Source: Chiloscyllium plagiosum
Taxonomy: Eukaryota
DNA length: 57,083 nt
Assembly (NCBI RefSeq): GCF_004010195.1
Contig: NC_057720.1
Span: 90,413,801-90,470,883 of the forward strand
Direction of reading: 5' to 3'
This document shows, piece after piece, positions 51,330 to 57,083 of the stretch. The position numbers and the translations under genes were made by a program. How positions within the stretch are numbered: the stretch's first letter is position 1; every line of letters begins with the position of its first letter. Below the pieces are notes generated by a model. It saw only the letters and a list, made by a program, of their open reading frames with translations. It did not search any database and had not been told where the DNA came from.

Positions 51330-52390
51330 AAGAGATTTATGTCTCTTTGGCGATGATCTTTGTGTCTTCACTCTCCATTGGAGTACTGCCAGATGATTGA
51401 GAGTGGCAAATGTTACTCCCTTGTTCAGGCAAGGAAATAAGGATAATCCTGAGAATTACAGTCCAGTCAGCCTTGCATCAGTGTTGCACAAAGTGAACGT
51501 GAGGATTCTGAGAGACAGACTTTATGATTACTTCGAAAATCATAGTTTGCACAGAAATAGTCAGCATGACTTTGTGAGGGGCAAGTCATGCCTCACAAAC
51601 CTGATTGAATTCTTTGAGGATGGGATCAAACACATTGAAAAAGGTAGAGCAGTGGATGTGGTGTACATGGATTTTAACAAGGCGTTTGATCACGTTTCAC
51701 ATGATAGGTTCATTCAGAAAGTAAGGAGGCATAGGATAGAGGGAAACCTATATCTGGATACAGAATTGTCTGGCCCATATAGACACAAAGTAGTGGGAAA
51801 TGGGAAGCATGAGACGTGGACGGCACGGTGGCACAGTGGTTAGCACTGCTGCCTCACAGCGCCAGAACCCTGGGCTCAATTCCCACCTCAGGCGACTAAC
51901 TGTGTAGAGTTTACACGTTCTCCCCGTGTCTGTGTGGGTTTCCTCTCGGTGCTCCGGTTTACCTCCTACAGTCCAAAGATGTGCAGGTTAAATGAATTGG
52001 CCATGCTAAAATGCCTGTAGTGTTTGGCATACGGGAATGGGTCTGGGTGGGTTGCCCATCGGTGTGGATTTGTTGGGCCAAAGGGCCTGTTTTCTCCCTG
52101 TAAGTAATGTAATCTATTCACTCTGGAGTTTGGTGAAAAGTAGGGTTCGGTTCTGGGAGCTCTGTTGTTTGCGTTTTTTATAAACGATTTGGATGATTTA
52201 CATTTTGCGATGTAAAAAATGATTGGTGGAATTGTGGCTAGTTTGGGGGATGTTGTAGTTTGCACTGGGACATTGACAGAATGATGAACTGGGCTGATAA
52301 GTAGCAGGTGGATTTCAACCTGGAAAAGTGTAAAGGATTCATTCTGGACAATTGACTTTGAATGCAGAATACAGGATAAAAGGTAGGTAG
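51330..52390 (+). mobile_element. CR1 RT fragment interrupted by a SINE
   Basis: RVANVTPLFRQGNKDNPENYSPVSL...QHDFVRGKSCLTNLIEFFE...AVDVVYMDFNKAFD. Confidence 0.9.
51818..52116 (+). mobile_element. HE1/V-SINE
   Basis: ggacggcacggtggcacagtggttagcactgctgcctcacagcgccag...gggcctgttt...taagtaatgtaatcta. Confidence 0.9.
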
Positions 52391-52394
52391 TGCT

Positions 52395-53495
52395 CGTCAG
52401 GCCCCCAACAATTCATCCTCCTCTCCAAGCACCTTCCCCTGCCACCACAGGAATTGCAAGACCTGTTCCCACACTTCCCCCCGCCCCCAACCCAAGGCCT
52501 CAAAGATCCTTCCCCATCTATCAAGGTTTCACCTGCAGTTCCTCACATGTCAGCTCCTGTGTTCATTGCTCCCAATGTGGTATTCTATACGTTGGTGAGA
52601 TAGGACATCTACTCGCACAGCACTGTAGAGAATATCTCTGGGACACCCGCACCAACCAGCCCAACTGCCCTGTGGCCGATCGCTTCAAACCCCCCTCCCA
52701 CTCTGCTGAGGACATGCAGGTCCAGGGTTTCATCCATCACCACTCCCTTGCCATCACATCTTCAACCTCGGGACCCTCCAACCCCATGGTAGCAATGTGG
52801 ATTTCACAATTTCCTCATTTCCCCTCCTCCCAACTTATCACAGTTCCAAACTTCCAGCTTCGCACCGCCCTCACGACCTGTCCCATCTTTTTATTCAAAG
52901 TGGGAAAGGGTACTTCTTTTAGACTCCCTACAGAGTGGAAGCAGGCCCTTTGGCCCAACAAGTCCATACCAAACCTCTGAAGAGTAACCCATTTCCCTCT
53001 GACTAATGCACCTACAACTATGGGCAATTTAGCATGACCAATTTACCTGGCCTGCACATCTTTGGAACGTGGGAGAAAACCAGAACACTCGGAGGAAACC
53101 TACGCAGATACATGGGAGAACGTGCAAACTTCACACAAAGAGTCGCCTGAGGCCGGAATCGAAACTGGTCCCTGGCACTGTGAGGCAGTATGCTACCCAC
53201 TGAGCCACCGTGCCCACCTGTCTATCTTCCTGCCCACCTATCAACTCCACCCTCTCCTCCGATGTATTACCATTACCCACACTTCCATCCAACTATCGCA
53301 CTCTCAGTTACCTTTACTGCCCCACCCCCTCCCATTTATCTCTCCACCCTCATGGCTCCCTGACTTATTGCTGATGAAGTGTCTTTAGCCGAAACATTGA
53401 TTTTCCTTCCCATTTGAATGCTGCCTGAGCTGCTGTGCTTTTCCAGCTCTACCATCGCGTCTCGAACCTCCAGCATCTACTGTTTTCTCTTTCAC
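52395..53495 (+). mobile_element. PLE 3' fragment (GIY-YIG endonuclease plus terminus) interrupted by a SINE
   Basis: FTCSSSHVSSCVHCSQCGILYVGEIG. Degenerate hammerhead CTGATGA (53371-53377)...GAAA (53391-53394). Confidence 0.85.
52920..53215 (-). mobile_element. HE1/V-SINE
   Basis: Reverse complement gggcacggtggctcagtgggtagcatactgcctcacagtgccaggg...ttgggccaaagggcctgcttccac. Confidence 0.88.
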
Positions 53496-55036
53496 CTTGT
53501 TAACATCTCCACTCAGTGCCTGTCCAGGTTACAGATGTATGGAGTCTGGGAGGTAGGTCAGATGTCATCACCGTAAGTAATTTGTGTGGTGTGCTTCTGA
53601 CACTCCATGTCCACACATCTGCTCCCTGGGCCAGGGTCTGACTGAAAATGAATTTGTAAAGCATGGTTGCTAGCCAGTCATTGATGTCTAGATTGGACAG
53701 CATTTGTACTTACACAGAGACCAGTAATAGCCTGTTGGAGTTTTTCCTCCCGGCCCAACATGGATTCTAAATGATTTGCTGTGAAATAATGCTTGAATGA
53801 CTGCCATGAACCACGTGGTAATGCTCTGGATACATTTAGGTGCAGGCCAGGATCTCACTAAGTGCCACAGGCAGCTATGATTTCAGTAACACTCTGCCTG
53901 AATTCAGATCCTTCTAAATCTGTTTTCAACGAAGGTTAAGATTGCAAGGTGATAAGTTTAGTGATCCGAAAAATAATCAGATATTTGCCATGTTTCATGA
54001 ATTGCACAAAAATGAGATGTGAAGTATGATTTTTCAACTGAGCAATAACTGCATCCTCTCTTAAAGCAATTAGCTTGATGTTATATTTATGGAACTAAAT
54101 TACAAACTCCTGTTAACATTTTATGATTCAAAAGTAAGGAATGTACATTTTATTTTATATCGAAAAACGAATATGCTATCTGACTATAGACGTGATCACA
54201 ATTACATATTCATTGTCGGTATTCAAACAAATACATTGTTGCACCAACATTTAGAAAGTGGTTGGTGTCTGACCGATTATAGATTCAGATTGAGAAAATG
54301 ATTGAACAATCATATAGAAATAGCGTTCTTATATATTTAAGTAGCAATCAGTTTAATTTCTCACTTAAATGTACGAGCTTCAGCTTTTTACCAACAATTG
54401 AGAAATGACAATAACTCAACATGCAATGTAAATGTTAACGTAAATGAATGATTTGTGATATTACGTTGTAGAGAACAATAATTCAAAATCTTGCATTTTT
54501 TAAAGAATGAATGGCATTTAATGCAAAATTTGGTTAGTGAACAAAAACGATGAACGTATTTCCGTATGAGTGAAAAGTCAAATATTTACAAAGTGTTTTA
54601 TGCCAAAGTAAAGAAGAATTTGTTTTAATAATTGGAATACAAGGATTAAAATATTCCTGCGCTGAGTAGTAATTAGTCTTCATCTTCAAGCTGACCTTGA
54701 ATTAATTGCATTTTAAATGGCTACAACTGGAAATAATCAGATGCTGAAGTTGATTTGCGTCTGTACATGATACAGTACAGAACTTCAATGGATAGAAGGA
54801 CGCTACTGGGGCACTCTGTATGCAACAGCTCCGGAAATGTCTCCCAAACTCCTCCCATTTGCGACCCGGTCTCTAGCCCTATACATTCGTAACTTGCAAA
54901 TATATATCCAGTTCCATTTTGAATCTTCATTCACAACTCTCCCAGGCAGAACATTCTAAATCCTAACAACTCTCTCAGTAAAGAAGTTTTCCTTATCTCA
55001 CTTCCAGCTCTTGTGCTGACAATCTTGAAAGTATGG

Positions 55037-57083
55037 GCTGAAAATGTGTTGCTGGAAAAGCGCAGCAGGTCAAACAGCATCCAAGGAGCAGGAGAATCAA
55101 TGTTTCGGGCATGAGCCTTTCTTCAGGAAGAGGAGAGTGTGCCAAGCAGGCTAAGATAAAAGGTAGGGAGGAGGGACTTGGGGGAGGGGCATTGGAAATG
55201 TGATAGGTAGAAGGAGGTTAAGGTGAGGATGATAGGCTGGAGTGGGGGTGGAGGTGGAGAGGTCAGGAAGAAGATTGCAGGTTAGGAAGGTGTTGCTGTG
55301 TTCGAGGGTTGGGACTGAGACAAGTTGGGGTAAGGGGAAATAAGGAAACTGGAGAAATCTGAGTTCATCCCTTGTGGTTGGAGGTTTCCTAGTTGGAAGA
55401 TGTGGCACTCTTCCTCCAGCTGTCGTGTTGCTATGGTCTGGCGATGGAGGAGTCCAAGAACCTGCATGTCCTTGGTGGAGTGGGAAGGGGAGTTGAAGTG
55501 TTGAGCGACGGGATGGTTGGATTAGTTGGTCTGGGTGTCCCAGAGGGGTTCTCTGAAACGTTCCGCAAATAGGCGGCGTGTCTCCCAATATAGAGGAGGC
55601 CACATCGAGTGCAGCGGATGCAGTAAATGATGTGTGTGGAGGTGCAGGTGAATTTGTGGTGGATATGGAAGGATCCCTTGGGGCCTTGGAGGGAAGTAAG
55701 AGGGGAGGTGTGGGCGCAAGTTTTGCATTTCTTGCGGTTGCAGGGGAAGGTGCTGGGAGTGGAGGTTCGGTTGGTGGGCATGTGTGGACCTGACAAGGGA
55801 GTCACAGACGGAGTGGTCTTTTCGGAACGCTGATTGGGGAGGGGAGAGAAATATATCCCTGGTGGTGGGGTCCATTTGGAGGTGGTGGAAATGATGACAG
55901 ATGATATGATGTATATCGAGGTTGGTGGGGTGGTAGGTGAGGACTTGGGGTTCTGTCCTGATGGCAATTGGAGGGGCGGGGCTCAAGGGCGGAGGAGCGG
56001 AAATGGAGGAGATGCAGTGGAAAGCATCGTCGATCATGAATGGGGGGAAATTGAGGTCTCTGAAGAAGGAGGCCATCTGGGTTGTTTGGTATTGGAACTG
56101 GTCCTCCTGAGAGCAGATGCGGCGGAGACCAAGGAATCGTGAATATGGGATGGCGTTTTTACAGGGGGCAGGGTGGGAGAAGATGTAGTCTACATAGCTG
56201 TGGAAGTCGATCGGTGTAAAATAAATGTCCGTGTTGATTCGGTCGGCCGCGATAGAAATGGACAGGTCTAGGAAGGGGAGGGAGGAGTCTGAGACGGTCC
56301 AGGTTAATTTGAGGTCGGAGTGGAATATGTTGGTAAAGTGGATGAACTGTTCAATCTCCTCGTGGGAGCACGAGGCAGCAGCGATACAGTCATCGATATA
56401 GCAGAGGAAAAGGTGGGGGTGGTGCCAGTGTAGCTGCAGAAGATGGACTGTTCCACATATCCTACGAAGAGGCAGGCATAGCTGGGGACCATGCGGGTGC
56501 CCATGGCTACTCCATTGGTTTGGAGGAAGTGGGAGGATTAGACAGAGACCTTCTTCAGAGGGAGGACCAGTTCAGTCAGTCGAAGGAGGGTGTCAGTCGA
56601 AGGGTACTGGTTAGTACGGCGGGAAAGGAAGAAGCGGAGGGCTTTGAGACCTTCGTGATGGGGGATGGAGGTGTACAGGGACTGGATGTCCATGGTGAAG
56701 ATAAGGCGTTGAGGACCGGGGAAGCAAAAATCATGGAGGAGGTGGAGATCATGGTTGGTGTCCCGAATGTAGGTGGGGAGTTCTTGGACTAAGGGGGACA
56801 GGACCGTGTAGAGATATGCAGAGATGAGTTCAGTGGGGCAGGAACAGGCTGAGACAATGTGTCGGCCAGGGCAGTCAGGTTTCTGGATTTTGTGCAGGAG
56901 GTAGAAACGGGCGATACGGGGTTATGGGACTATGAGATTGGAGGCGGTGGATGGGAGATCCCCTGAGGTGATGAGGTTATGGATGATCTAGGAGATGATG
57001 GTTTGGTGGTGGGGGGGGGGGTCATGGTCAAGGGAGCAGTAGGAGGAGGTATCTGCGAGCTGGCGTTTGGCCTCAGCGGTGTA
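55037..57083 (-). mobile_element. Penelope-like retroelement (RT plus GIY-YIG endonuclease plus terminal repeat), frameshifted, running off the window end
   Basis: GVAMGTRMVPSYACLFVGYVEQ and YIDD RT motifs, CNRKKCKTC, FTCTSTHIIYCIRCTRCGLLYIG. Hammerhead-like CTGAAGA...GAAA on the minus strand at 55103-55126. Confidence 0.92.

Noticed and set aside
54695-54730. Additional small minus-strand exon (PFKMQLIQ)
   Set aside because: Too short, with ambiguous acceptors. It cannot be distinguished from chance.

Overview
Eukaryotic, repeat-rich genomic DNA from a cartilaginous fish, most likely an orectolobiform shark. This is judged from the IgM protein sequence, HE1/V-SINEs and the shark-type CR1 and Penelope repeats. 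The first 15 kb hold the constant-region half of one IgM (mu) heavy-chain cluster on the + strand: CH1, CH2, CH3, CH4 with secretory tail, TM1 and TM2. No V, D or J segment is visible. The cluster carries three independent lesions (nonsense codon in CH1, AG>AA acceptor at CH4, frameshift in TM1), so it looks like a pseudogene. An isolated first coding exon of a shark GPR139-like receptor sits at about 36.1-36.3 kb. The rest is transposon debris: CR1/L2 LINEs, a 5' L1 piece, two Gmr1-type (integrase before RT) LTR retrotransposons, a Tigger-like MITE, SINEs and many Penelope-like element (PLE) pieces with minimal hammerhead-ribozyme motifs. Several PLE pieces form TSD-flanked foldback mini-elements, one of which encloses an inverted copy of nearby DNA. 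Two N-gaps are flanked by duplications; one looks like two haplotypes that differ by a 3.1-kb deletion. Family assignments come from recalled motifs, not database searches, and repeat boundaries are approximate.
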